Origin: the human T2T-CHM13v2.0 reference genome, Homo sapiens
NCBI RefSeq assembly: GCF_009914755.1
Contig: NC_060932.1
Direction: 5' to 3' (one strand)
DNA length: 64,000 nt
Each line of letters starts with the position of its first letter. Position 1 is the stretch's first letter. Positions 15,702 to 33,321 of this stretch are shown here, piece after piece. The position numbers and the translations under genes are program-made. The notes beneath the pieces are model-generated. The model worked only from the letters and a program-made list of their open reading frames with translations, was not told the origin of the DNA and did no database searches.

Positions 15702-18090
15702 GGAGGGTGTTCTAAGATGGTCGAATAGGAACGGCTGCGTTCTGCAGCTCCCAGCGTTATTGACACAGAAGACAGGTGATTTCTGCATTTCCAACAGAGG
15801 TACGTGGTTCATCTCATTGGGACTGGTTAGACAGTGGGTACAGCCCACAGAGGGCAAGCTGAAGCAGGGCGGTGCGTTGCCTTACCCGGGAAGCACGAGG
15901 GGTTGGGGGATTTCCCTTTCCTAGCCAAGGGAAGCCATGACAGACTACCTGGAAAAACGGGGCACTCCCCGCCCAAATACTGGACTTTTCCCAAGGTCTT
16001 AGCAACCGGCGGACAAGGTGATTCTCTCCCGTGCCAGACTCAGCGGGTCTCATGCCCACAGAGCCTTGCTCACTGCTAGCACAGCAGTCTGAGAGGCGGC
16101 AGCCTGGCTGGGGGAGGGGCATCCACCATTGCTGAGGCTTGAGTAGGTAAACAAAGCTCAAACTGGGCGGGGCCCACCACAGCTCAACAAGGCCTACTGC
16201 CTCTAGACTCCACCTCTGTAGGCAGGGCATATCTGAATAAAACGCAGCAGACAACTTCTGCAGACTTAAATTCCCTGTCTGACAGCTCTGAAGAGAGCAG
16301 GGTTCTTTCAGCATGGTGTTTGAACTCAGAACAGACAGACTGCCTCCTCAAGTGGGTCCCTCAGCCCCGTGTAGCCTAACTGGGAGACACCTCCCAGTAG
16401 GGGCTGATAGACACCTCATATAGGCAGCTGCCTCTCTGGGACAAAGCTTCCAGAGGAAGGATCAGGCAGCAATATTTGCTTTTCTGCAATCTTTGCTGTT
16501 CTGCAGCCTCCGTTGGTGGTACCCAGGCAAACAGGGTCTGGAATGGAACTCCAGCAAACTCCAACAGACCTGCAACTGAGAGATCTGAGTGTTAGAAGGA
16601 AAACTAACAAACAGAAAGGAATAGGATCAACATCAACAAAACGGTCATCCACACCAAAACCCCATCTGTAGGTCACCAACATCAAAGACCAAAGGTAGAT
16701 AAAACCACAAAGATGGGGAGAAACCAGAGCAGAAAAGCTGAAAATTCTAAAAATCAGAATGCCCCTTCTCCTCCAAAGGATCACGGCTGCTCACCAGCAA
16801 CAGAACAAAGCTGGATGGAGAATGACTTTGACGAGTTGACAGAAGTAGGCTTCAGAAGGTCCGTAATAACAAACTTCTCTGAGCTAAAGGAGGATGTTTG
16901 AACCCATCGCAAGGAAACTAAAAACCTTGAAAAAAGATTAGATGAATGGCTAACTAGAATAAACAGTGTAGAGAAGACCTCAAATGACCTGATGGAGCTG
17001 AAAACCATGGCATGAGAACTATGTGATGCACATACAAGCTTCAATAGCTGATTCAATGAAGTGGAAGAAATGGTATCAGTGATTGAAGATCAAAGTAATG
17101 AAATAAAGCTAGAAAACAAGGTTAGAGAAAGAAGAGTAAAAAGAAATGAACAAAGTCTCCAAGAAATATGGGCCTATGTGAAAAGGTGAAACCTACGTTT
17201 GATTGGTGTACCTGAAAGTGATGGGGAGAATGGAACCAAGTTGGAAAACACTCTTCAGGATATTATCCAGGAGAACTTCCCCAACCTAGCAGGACAGGCC
17301 AACATTCAAATTCAGGAAATACAGAGAAGACTGCAAAGATACTCCTCAAGAAGAGCAACCCCAAGACACATAATTGTCACATTCACCAAGATTGAAATGA
17401 AGGAAAAAGTGTTAAGGGCAGCCAGAGAGAAAGGTCAGGTTACCCATAAAGGGAATCCCATCAGACTAACAGTGGATCTCTCTGCAGAAACCCTACAACC
17501 CAGAAGAGAGTTGAGGCAAATTTTCATCATTCTTCAAGAAAAGAATTTTCAACCCAGAATTTCACATCCAGCCAAACTAAGCTTCATAAGTGAAGGAGAA
17601 ATAAAATCCTTTACAGACAAGCAAATGCTGAGAGATTTTGTAACCACCAGTCCTGCCCTACAAGAGCTCCTGAAGGAAGCAGTAAACATGGAAATAAACA
17701 ACTGGTAATAGCCACTCCAAAAACATGCCAAATTGTAAAGACCATCAGTGCTATGAAGAAACTGCATCAATTAGTGGGCAAAATAACCAGTGAACATCAA
17801 AATGACAAGATCAAATTCACATATAACAACATTAACCTTAAATGTAAATTGGCTAAATGCCCCAATTAAAAGACACAGACTGGCAAATTGGATTAACAAA
17901 TAGACCACTAGCAAGTCTAATAAAGAAGAAAAGAGAGAAGAATCAAACAGATGCAATCAAAAATGATAAAGGGGGTATCACCACCAATCCCACAGAAATA
18001 CAAATTACCATCAGAGAATATTATAAACACCTCTACACAAATAAACTAGAAAATCTAGAGGAAATGGATAAATTCCTGGACACATACACC
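15702..18090 (+). mobile_element. L1PA6/7-like 5' portion: 5' UTR, disrupted ORF1 (ATG 16713), ORF2 start (ATG 17802) with EN deletion; no 3' end
   Basis: ggagggtgttctaagatggtcgaataggaac start; MGRNQSRKAENSKNQ and IGVPESDGENGTKLENTLQDIIQENFPNLA. Confidence 0.93.
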
Positions 18091-18465
18091 TATGACCGGT
18101 GATGATGAGCTTTTTTTCATATGTATGTTGGCCACATAAATGTCTTCTTTTGAGAAGTGTCTGTTCATATCCTTCACCCACTTTTTGATGGGGTTGTTTT
18201 TTTTTTCTTGTAAAGTTGTTTAAGTTCTTTGTAGATTCTGGATATTAGCCCTTTGTCAGATGAGTAGATTGCAAAAATGTTCTCCCATTCTGTAGGTTGC
18301 CTGTTCACTCTGATGATAGTTTCTTTTGCTGTGCAGAAGCTCTTTAGTTTAATTAGATCCCATTTGTTAATTTTGGCTTTTCTTCCCATTGCTTTTAGTG
18401 TTTTAGTCATGAAGTCATTTGCCCATGCCTACGTCCTGAATGGTATTGCCTAGGTTTTCTTCTAG

Positions 18466-18902
<437 letters not shown>

Positions 18903-20529
18903 CTAACACCATTTATTAAATAGGGAATCATTTCCCCATTGCTTGTTTCTGGCAGGTTTGTCAAAGATCAGATGGTTGTAGATGTGTGGCATTATTTCTA
19001 TGGCCTCTGTTCTATTCCATTTGTCTATATATCTGTTTTGGTACCAGCACCATGCTGATTTGGTTACTATAGCCTTGTAGTATAGTTTGAAGTCAGGTGG
19101 CATGATGCCTCCAGCTTTCTTCTTTTTGCTTAGGATTGTCTTGGCTATGTGGGCTCTTTTTTGGTTCCATATGAAATTTAAACTAATTTTTTAATTCTGT
19201 GAAGAAAGTGACTGGTAGCTTGATGGGGATGGCACTGAATCTATTAATTACTTTGGGCGGTATGGCCATTTTCACAATATTGATTCTTCCTATGCATGAA
19301 CATGGAATGTTTTTCCATTTGTGTCCTGTCTTATTTCCTTGAGCAGTGGTTTGTAGTTCTCCTTGAAGAGGTCCTTCACATCCCTTGTAAGTTGTATTCC
19401 TAGGGATTTTATTCTCTTTGTAGCAATTGTGAATGGGAGTTCACTCATGATTTGGATCTCTGTTTGTTTATTGTTGGTGTATAGGAATGCTTGTGATTTT
19501 TGCATATTGATTTTGTGTCCTGAGACTTTGCTGAAGTTGCAAAATTATCAGCTTTAAGAGATTTTGCGCTGAGACAATGGGATTTTACAAATATACAATT
19601 ATGTCATCTGGAAACAGAGACAATTTGAATTCCTCTCTTCCTATTTAAATACCCTTTATTTCTTTCTCTTGCCTGATTGCCCTGGCCAGAACTTCCAATA
19701 CTATGTTCAATAGGAGTGGTGAGAGAAGGCATCCTTGTCTTATGCCCGTTTTCAATGAGAATGCTTCCAGCTTTTGCCCATTCAGTATGATATTGGCTGT
19801 GGGTTTGTCATAAATTGTTCTTATTATTTTGAGATACGTTCCATCAATACCTAGTTTAGTGAGAGTTTTTAGCATGAAGTGGTGTTGAATTACATCAAAG
19901 GCCTTTTCTGCATCTATCTAGATAATCATGTGGCTTTTGTGTCATTGGTTCTGTTTATGTGATGGATTACATTTATTAATTTGTGTATGTTGAAATAGCC
20001 TTGCATCCCAGGGATGAAGCAGATTTGATCGTGGTGGATAAGCTTTTTGATGTGCTGCCGGATTCGGTTTGCCAGTATTTTATTGAGGATTTTCACATAG
20101 ATGTTCATCAGGGATATTGGCCTGAAATTTTCTTTTTTTGTTGTGTCTCTGCCATGTTTTGGTATCAGGATGATGCTGGCCTCATAAAATGAGTTAGGAA
20201 AGAGTCTCTCTTTTTCTGTTGTTTGAATTAGTTTCAGAAGGAATGGTACCAGCTTCTCTTTGTACCTCTGGTAGAATTCAGCTGTCAATCCATCTGGTCC
20301 TGCACTTTTTTTGGCTGGTAGGCTATTAATTACTGCCTCAATTTCAGAACTTGTTATTGGTCTATTCAGGGATTCGACTTCTTCCTGGTTTAGTCTTTGG
20401 AAGGTGTATGTGTCCAGGAATTTATCCATTTCTTCTAGATTTTCTAGTTTATTTGCATAGAGGTGTTTATAGTATTCCCTAATGGTAGTTTGTATTTCTG
20501 GAAGGTCAGTGGTGATATTCCCTTTATTA

Positions 20530-20904
<375 letters not shown>

Positions 20905-21080
20905 TGAATTTTTGAAGGGTTTTTTTCTGTCTCTATCTCCTTTTTTTCTGCTCTGATCTTAGTTATTTCTTGTCTTCTGCTAGCTTTTGAATTTGTTTGC
21001 TCTTGCTTCTCTAGTTCTTTTAACCATGATGTTAGGGTGTTGATTTTAGATCTTTTCCACTTTCTCCTGTGGGCATTTAG

Positions 21081-21590
<510 letters not shown>

Positions 21591-22111
21591 TTGAGTGAGT
21601 TTCTTAATCCTGAGTTCTAATTTGATTGCACTGTGTGGTCTGAGAGATTGTTTGTTATGATTTCCATTATTTTGCATTTGCTGAGGAATGTTTTACTTCC
21701 AATTATGTGGTCAATTTTAGAATAAGTGTGATGTGGTGCTGAAAAAAATGTATATTCTGTTGATTTGGGGTGGAGAGTTCTGTAGATGTCTATTGGGTCC
21801 ACTTGGTCCAGAATTGAGTTCAAGTCCTGAATATCCTTGTTAACCTTCTGTCTCGTTGATCTGTCTAATATTGACAGTGGGGTGTTAAAGTCTCCCACTA
21901 TTATTGTGTGGGAGTCTAAGTCTCTTTGTAGGTCTCTAAGAACTTGCTTTATGAATGTGGGTACTCCTGTATTGGGTGCATATATATTCAGGAGAGTTAG
22001 CTCTTCTGGTTGCATTGATCACTTTGCTGTTATGTAATGCCCTTCTTTGTCTTTGTTGATCTTTGTTGGCTTAAAGTCTGTTTTATCAAAGACTAGGATG
22101 GCAACCCCTCC

Positions 22112-22142
<31 letters not shown>

Positions 22143-24309
22143 TTCTGTTTGCTTGGTAAATATTCCTCCATCCCTTTATTTTGAGCCAATGTGTATCTCT
22201 GCATGTGAGATGAGTCTCCTGAATACAGCACACAGATGGGTCTTGACTCTATCCAATTTGCCAGTCTGTGTCTTTTAATTGGGGGTATTAATACTGTTAT
22301 GTGTGAATTTGATCCTGTCATTATGATGTTTGCTTGTTATTTTGCCCACTAATTGATGCAGCTTCTTCATAGTGTCAATGGTCTTGACAATTTGGCATGT
22401 GTTTGCAGTGTCTGGTACCAGTTTTTCCTTTCCATATTTAGTGCTTCCTTCAGGAGCTCAAACATAGGTTTGGTCTTCTTTTCACATAGACCCCTATTTC
22501 TTGGAGGCGTTGTTCATTCCTTTTCATTCTTTTTTCTCTAAGCTTGTCTTCATGATCTATTTCATTAAGTTGATCTTCAATCTCTGATATCCTTTCTTCC
22601 ACTTGATCAATTTGGCAATTGATAACTTGTGTATGCTTCACAAAGTTCTTGTGCTGTGTTTTTTCAGCTCCATCAGGTCATTTATGTTCTTCTCTAAACT
22701 GGTTTTTCTAGTTAGCAATTCCTCTAACATTTTTTTCAAGGTTCTTAGCTTCCTTGCATTGGGTTAGAACATGCTCCTTTAGCTCGGAGGAGTTTGTTAT
22801 TACCCACCTTCTGAAGCCTACTTCTGTCAATTTATCAAATTCATTCTCCATCCAGTTTTGTTCCCTTGCTGGCAAGGAGTTGTGATCATTTGGAGGAGAA
22901 GAGGCATTCTGGTTTTTGGAATTTTCAGCCTTTTTGTGCTGGATTTTCCTCATCTTCGTGGATTTATCTAACTTTGGTCTTTGATGTTGGTGACCTTTGG
23001 ATGGGGTTTCTGTGTGGACGTCCTTTTTGTTGACGTTGATACTATTCCTTTCTGTTTGTTAGTTTTCCTTCTAACAGTCAGGCCCCTCTGCTGCAGGTCT
23101 GCTGGAGTTTGCTGGAGGTCCACTCCAGACCCCGTTTGCCTGGGTATCACCAGCGGAGGCTGCAGAACAGCAAAGATTGCAGAACAGCAAAGATTGCTGC
23201 TTGTTTCTTCCTCTGGAAGCTTCATCCCAGAGGGGCACCCACCAGATGCCAGCTGGAGCCCTCCTGTATGAGGTGTCTGCCCACCCCTGCTGGGAGATAT
23301 CTCCCAGTCAGAAGGCACAGGGGTCAGGGACCCACTTGAGGAGGCAGTCTGTCCCTTAGCAGAGCTCGAGCACTGTGCTGGGAGATCCGCTCTTCTCTTC
23401 AGAGCCGGCAGGCAGGAATGTTTAAGTAGGCTGAAGCTGAGCCCGCAGCTGCCCCTTCCCCCAGGTACTCTGTCTCAGGGAGATGGAAGTTTTATCTATA
23501 AGCCCCTCACCAAGGCTGCTGCTTTTCTTTCAGAGATGCCCTGACCACATAGGAGGAATCTAGTGAGGCAGTCTGGCTACAGTGGCTTTGCTGAGCTGAG
23601 GTGGGCTCTGCCCAGTCTGAACTTCCCAGTGTCTTTGTTTACACTGTGAGGGGAGAACCGCCTACTCAAGCCTCAGTAATGGCAGACTGCCTCCCCCATC
23701 AAGCTCGAGCACCACAGGTTGATTTCAGACTGCTGTGCTGACAGTGACAATTTGAAGCCAGTGGATCTTAGCTTGCTGGGCTCTGTGGGTGTGGTATCTG
23801 CTGAGCAAGACCATTTGGCTCCCTGGCTTCAGCCCCCTTTCTAGGGGAGTGAACAGTTCTGTCTCCCTGGCGTTCCAGCTGCCACTGGGGTATGAAAAAA
23901 CTCCTGCAGCTAGCTCAGTGTCTGCCCAAACGGCCACTCAGTTTTGTGCTTGAAACACAGGGCCCTGGCAGCATAGGCACCCGAAGGAATCTCCCGGTCT
24001 GCGGGGTTGTGAAGACCATGAGAAAGGCGTAGTATCTGGGCTGGAAGGCACTGTTCCTCACAGCATGGTCCCTCATGGCTTCCTTTGGATAGCGGAGGGA
24101 ATTCCCTGACCCCTTGCACTTCCTGTGTGAGACAATGCCCCACTCTGCTTTGGCTTGCCCTCCATGGGCTGCACCCACTGTCTAATCAATCCCAATGAGA
24201 AGAACTAGGTACCTCAGTTGGAAATGTAGAAATCACCCACCTTCTGTGTTGATCTTACTGGGAGCTGCAGACTGGAGCTGTTCCTATTTGTCTATCTTGC
24301 CAGCCACCC

Positions 24310-25355
<1,046 letters not shown>

Positions 25356-25446
25356 CGTAGGAGACTTTATAATTCACCAATTAAGGTAACGACAGGGAAA
25401 AAAGTCTTTAGGCAATACACAATCTACTTTTAAAAAGATATTTGGG

Positions 25447-25751
<305 letters not shown>

Positions 25752-25752
25752 A

Positions 25753-26400
<648 letters not shown>

Positions 26401-27394
26401 TGGGTCATTGTTTAAATGGAAGCATTTTTCTTTCTCCGTGGCACATAAAGTCTGGGTGCATCTTAGATTCAGGCACATCTCAAGTGAGCTGAAACGCAGT
26501 ACTCAATTGTAGACTCATTTAGTTGTGTGCGCCTCTTTGCTGTATGTGACTTTTACTGTGTGAATGCTGTAGGACTGTAGCCTTGCTAAAAAAGCAAGCT
26601 CCTGTGTATTCGGTTTCATTTGGGGTAACAGGCAGTCCAAAATATCTGACTTAACAGGTCTAAAGGTTTTCTCTCTCATGTAAAAGAAGTCCAGGGGTGG
26701 GCGGTCAGGTCTGCGCTGCCTGAGCCAGGAAACTGCGCATGGTTGCTCCCTTCCCCTGCAGAGAAGCCTGTGCCCCGACCCCTTGGGAAGGCTTCCTCCA
26801 AGTTGCACGTGAGGCCGGGAATTAGCGTTTTAGTCTGTTCTGCTAACAATCGGTGTTTCTCAGTGCCAACCAGTCACAGCACGCGCGGCGCCCAGCCCCT
26901 GGTTTCTAAACCCCATTCTGTCGTCCCGGGACGAATGTCTTGGGATGTCTGGCTGGGTCCAGGGCAAACATCCTGCAGTGACAAAATGTGTGAAAGTGAA
27001 GTTGAGCAACAAGAGGAACAGCATAGCAGCAGATTGTAACCCAACAGATAAAGACATTGTCTGAGTCAATGCGTACAGACCCATTATTCTCCGTGAGGGA
27101 AGTGCGCGTCTTCCCTAGCCGCTACTGTCCTCTTTCTGCGCCGCCGGGCTGGGCTCAGTCCGCAGTGACCCAGTCTCGTGTAGGTGGGACCAGCATCTTC
27201 ACCGGCCGAGGAGACGCCCCTGGACCACCTGCGTGGGCAGGATCCAGGCAGGCGACAGGGCTCAGGGCTGCAGCCAAGTCCCCCAGAAACAGTCCCCCTG
27301 GGACGGTGGCTTCACGCTGGCCCGAGAGGATTCAGACTGGCCCGGCCACGCCAGACCAAGTCTTCTAAGGCAGTTCCTTGCAATGAACCTCCTA

Positions 27395-28455
27395 GTGTGT
27401 GTGAGTGTGTGTGTCTGTGTGGTGTGTGTGATATGAGTGTGGGGTGTGTGTGGTGTGGTTTGATGTGTGTGGGGTAATTGTGTGTGGTGTGTATGATGCT
27501 GTGTGTGATGCTGTGTGGAGCCTGTGGTGTGGTGTGTGTGGTGTATATGTGTGTGTCATGGTGTGTGGTGTGGTTGTGTGGTGTGTGCGTGATGGTGTGT
27601 GTGGTTGTGTGATGGGGTGTGTGGTATGGTTGTGTGGTGTGATGGGGTGTGTGGTGTGGTGATGTGTGTGATGGGATGTGTGTGATGTGTGTGTGGTGTG
27701 TGTGTGATGGGGTGTGTGGTGTGGTTCTGTGTGGTGTGTGTGATGGGGTGTGTGATGTGGCTGTGTGTGTTGGTGTGATGGGGTATGCCGTGTGTGATGG
27801 GATGTGGGTGGTGTGGTTGTGTTGTAATAGGATGTGTATGGTGTGTTTTCCCCGTTGCGTGTTATGTGGTTGTGTGTGGTGTGGTGTGTGTGGTGGCGTG
27901 AGGAAATGTGTGGTGTGGTTGTGTGTGTGATGGGGTGTGTGGTGTGGTTGTGGTGTGTGTGGTGATGGGGTGTGTGTGGTGTGGTTGCGTGTTGTGTGGT
28001 GTGGTTGCGTTGTGTGGTGATGTGATGGGGTGTATTGTGGGTTTGTGGTGTATGATGTGTGTGTGTAGTGTGAGGGTGTGTGTGGTGTGGTTGTGTGTGT
28101 TGTGTGATGGGGTGTGTTGTGATGGTGTGGTGTGTGTGGTTGTGTGTGGTGTATGATGGGGTGTGTAGTGTGGTTGTGTGTGGTGTGTGATGGGATGTGT
28201 GTGGTGTGTGTTGTGTGTGATGGGGTGTGTGGTGTGGTTGATGGCGTGTGTGATGTGTGTGTGGTTGTGCGTGTGGTGTGTGATGGGGTGTATTGTGGGT
28301 GTGTGTGGTGTATGATGGTGTGTGTGTAGTTGTGTGTGTTGTGTGTGTGATGGGATGTGTTTGGTGTGGTTGTGTGGTGTGCGATGGGGTGTGTGGTGTG
28401 GTTGTGTATCGTTTGTGTGGTGTGTGATGGGGTGTGTGTGGTGTGGTTGTGTGTG
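27395..28455 (+). repeat. ~1.06 kb degenerate GT-rich repeat (GT/GGT/GATGGG units)
   Basis: Almost only G and T on +; recurring GATGGGGTGTGTGGTGTGGTTGTGTG-like unit. Confidence 0.97.
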
Positions 28456-29150
28456 CCCCTCTCCCTTACCGCTGCCTGCTCTGGGCCTAGCCCCTGACGC
28501 TCTGCAGCGTTGAAAACGTTGTGTCTCGCCCTCCAGGCCGGGAGCTGGATCCCAAGCGGGCTGGACCCGATGCCTCCCTTCCCCAAGCGTGGAGAGCGGC
28601 TGGATCCGCGGTGGGAGGCGGTGCTGTGAGAAGGCCCGGGGACCCCGCGCACAGAGGCGCCTTCCACACCATCAAGGGCGTGGCGGACACCTGCAGGCCC
28701 GGGAGACGCAGCAGCTTCTGAAGACCGAGCGGCGCCAAGTCCGTCTGGCCGTCTCTGGGGAAACTCCGTCCCCATCAGGTCCCTGGCGCTGGGGTTTTAT
28801 TCAGTTTTCCCAAAACAAGAGGGGTGTGGGTCTGGGGCTCACAACCCAGTGCTGCACCCTGAGGCTCTGGCGTCCCAGGTCAGCCGCAGGGGCTGGGTCG
28901 CAGCCAGGAGGAAAGGGCTCGCCCCTGCCCCCGGGGGCCCCTCTGATAAGCAGGGGTGCAGGCAAGGAGGGAGGCCCCGGCGACAGGGCCGCCCACGCGG
29001 ACTTTCTGCCCGCAGAGGAGGGGGCACACGGGATGGCGGCTCCCACGGGTCTCCTCTCATAGCTCCGCTTCCCACCTACCCGCACCCTCCCTCGGGTCTG
29101 TTCCCCTTGGGTGCACTCCCCTTAGCGCGGCCTAGGCACCAAGGAGCTGC
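28456..29150. promoter_or_regulatory. Orphan CpG-rich, GC-rich region (similar flank at ~26850-27390)
   Basis: Dense CpG in unique sequence with no annotated coding ORF. Confidence 0.65.
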
Positions 29151-29442
29151 TCTCGGCAGTGTTCACGAGATACAATGAATTGACCAGATCTGTCATAACT
29201 GATGGCCGTTCCTTCAGAAGCTCATTCCAGTCGCCCCACTTCCCACTACTGCCTTTGGGTTCCCTCACCACTCCACTGGAGAGCCCAGGCCACTTGATCC
29301 TTTCGGTTTCTGTGGTCTCCAGGGACTTTGTACGTAAGGTTTCATTTTCTATCAATTTGACCAATTTTTTTTTCCTCCTTTGTCTCAGGTGAGCATAAAT
29401 GCATTTATCATTAACTACTTTGTGTATCAGTAGAGTTCAGAG

Positions 29443-30408
29443 TGTTGCAGGAAGTCAGGGACCCTGAACAGAGGGACCGGCTGAAGCCACGGCAGAACAT
29501 AAATTGTGATTTCATGGACATTTATCACTTCCCCGATCAATACTCTTACAACTTCCTATGCCTGTCTTTACTTTAATCTCTTAATCCCGTCATCTTTGTA
29601 AACTGAGGATGTATGTTGCCTCAGGACCCTGTAATGACTGTGTTAACTCCACAAATTGTAAAACGTGTGTTTGAACAATATGAAGTCTGGGCACCCTGAA
29701 AAAGAACAGGATAACAGCAATGTTCAGGGCAAGGGAGATAACCATAAGGTCTGACTGCCTGTGGGGCTGGACAGAACAGTCATATTTTTCTTATTGCAAA
29801 AAACGAGTAGGAAAAATATCGCTGAATTCTTTCCCCAGTGAGGAATAACCCTGGGAACGGAATGCATTCCTAGGGGAGGCCTATGGACGGCCACTCTGGG
29901 GGTGTCTGCCTTATGCAGTTGAAGATAGGGGATGAAATATGCCCTGGTCTCCTGCACTGCCCTCAGGCTTGCTAGGATTAGGAAATTCCAGCCTGGAGAA
30001 TTCTAGTCAGACCGGTTCTCTGCTCTTGAACCCTGTTTCCTGTTAAGATGTTTACCAATGACAATGCATGCACAGCAGGACATGGAACCTCACTGGTAAT
30101 TCTAATTTCACCCTGGCCTTGTGACCTTGCTCTGCCCTTCTGCCCTTGTGATCTTTTATTGCCATTTGAAGCATGTGATCTCTGTAACCCACTCCCTATT
30201 CATACCCCCCTCCCCTTTTGAAATCCCTAATAAAAACTTGCTGGTTTTGCAGCTCAGGTGGGCATCACGGAACCTGCCGACATGTGATGTCACCCCGGGA
30301 GGCCGAGCTGTAAAATTTCTCTTTTGTACTCTTTATTTCTCAGACCAGCCGACACTTAGGGAAAATAGAAAACATACGTTGAAATATTGGGGGTGGGTTC
30401 CCCCAATA
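29443..30408 (+). mobile_element. MER11 solo LTR (HERV-K11/HML-8)
   Basis: Starts TGTTGCAGGAAGTCAGGGACCC, ends GGGTTCCCCCAATA; internal AATAAA ~30229; flanking cagag duplication. Confidence 0.9.
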
Positions 30409-30439
30409 CAGAGGACTTTTGTTTATTGTTATAAAGTTA

Positions 30440-30745
<306 letters not shown>

Positions 30746-31535
30746 AGAGGACACAAAAAAAGTGAAAGATATTCCATGCTTATGGTCTTGAAGAATGAAT
30801 ATTGTTAAAATGACAATTCTGCCCCAAAGCAATTTACACATTCAATGCGATCCCTATCAAAATACCAATGACATTCTTCACAGAAATAGAAAAAAAAAAA
30901 TCCTAAAATTTGTATGGAACTAAAAAAGATGCCGAATAGCCAAAGTAATCCTGAGCAAAAAGAACAAAGCTGGCATCACACAACCTTTCTTCAAAATTTA
31001 TTACAAAGCTATAGTAACCAAAATAGCATGGAACTGGCATAAAAACAGACACATAGATCAATGAGACAGAATAGAAAATCCAGATATAAATCCACGCATT
31101 TATAACCAACTCATCTTCTACAAAGGCACCCAGAACTTACAATGGGGGAAACGACAGTTTTCAATAAATGGTGCTGGGAAAACTGGATATCCACATGCAG
31201 AATGTGGACACCCCTAACTCTCACTTTACACAAAAATCACAGAAATGGATTAAAGACTTGAATCTAAGACCTGAAACTGTGAAACTACTACAAGAAAATG
31301 TTGGTTTGGAAACTCTCCAGGACATTGGTCTGGGCAAAAATGTTTTGCATAAGGCCTCAAAAGCGCAGGCAACCGAAATGGACAGTTGGGATTACATCAA
31401 GCCAAAAAGCTGCACAGCAAAATAATCAACATAGTAAAAAACAACCCGCAGAATGGGAAAAAATATTTGCAAACTACCCATTTGATAATGGATTCATAAC
31501 CTGAATATATAAGGAGCTCAAACAACTCAATAGCT
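30746..31535 (+). mobile_element. L1 (L1MA/PB-like) ORF2 C-terminal fragment
   Basis: ctatcaaaataccaatgacattcttcacagaaataga; KWIKDLNLRPETVKLL. Confidence 0.85.
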
Positions 31536-31951
31536 AAGTTGTATCAATTCAAACTATATTCTTAGAAATTTAAGCTATTAATTATAATCACCAGGATAAC
31601 CACTAAGATAAAACTTTAAAACATACAGAAAAGAAAACGAGGGAATTCAAATGGAATACTAGCAAAATCAATCAAATACAAAACACTATTGGAGGAATTT
31701 AGGGGAAAAAGATTGAAATTTATAGAAAACAAACAGCAAAGTGACAGAAGTTGTTCCTAATCAAAAATCATTTTGAATGTAAATGTATTTAATCCACCAA
31801 CTGAAAGAGAGATTGGCAGAATGGATTTTAAAAACATGACCTAACTACATGCTATCTACAGGTGACTTAAATCCAAAGGCACAACGAGATTTACAGTGAA
31901 AGGATGGAAAAATATTTTCCATGCATTAGTAACCAACAGAAAGCTGGCATG

Positions 31952-32005
31952 GCTGAGATTGTGCCATTGCACTCCAGTCTGGGCAACAAGAGCAAAACTC
32001 TGTCT

Positions 32006-32054
<49 letters not shown>
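31952..32054 (+). mobile_element. 5'-truncated Alu (~55 nt) with 48-A tail
   Basis: TSD agaaagctggc(a/g)tg(g/a)ct. Confidence 0.88.
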
Positions 32055-32056
<2 letters not shown>

Positions 32057-32110
32057 AAGCTGGCGTGACTACTAATAACAGAAAATAAGACTTTATAAGA
32101 CTTTAAGTCA

Positions 32111-32626
<516 letters not shown>

Positions 32627-32721
32627 TCAATAATGGAACATCTAAACATAACAATAAGGAAATAGCAGACTTGAACAACACTATCAACCATCTAAACCTA
32701 AGGGACACAAATCAAATCTCA

Positions 32722-33321
<600 letters not shown>

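Noticed and set aside
16468-16510. Shared short duplication in both L1PA 5' UTRs as proof of a single origin
   Set aside because: As I recall, this duplication is a normal feature of L1PA consensus of this age, so it is not diagnostic.
27395-28455. CRISPR-like or telomeric array
   Set aside because: No conserved repeat with unique spacers and no TTAGGG units; this is a eukaryotic low-complexity repeat.
27312-28775. 487-aa His/Thr-rich ORF and the Cys/Val-rich + strand ORFs
   Set aside because: Direct translation of the CA/GT repeat, which lacks stops by composition; no independent coding evidence.
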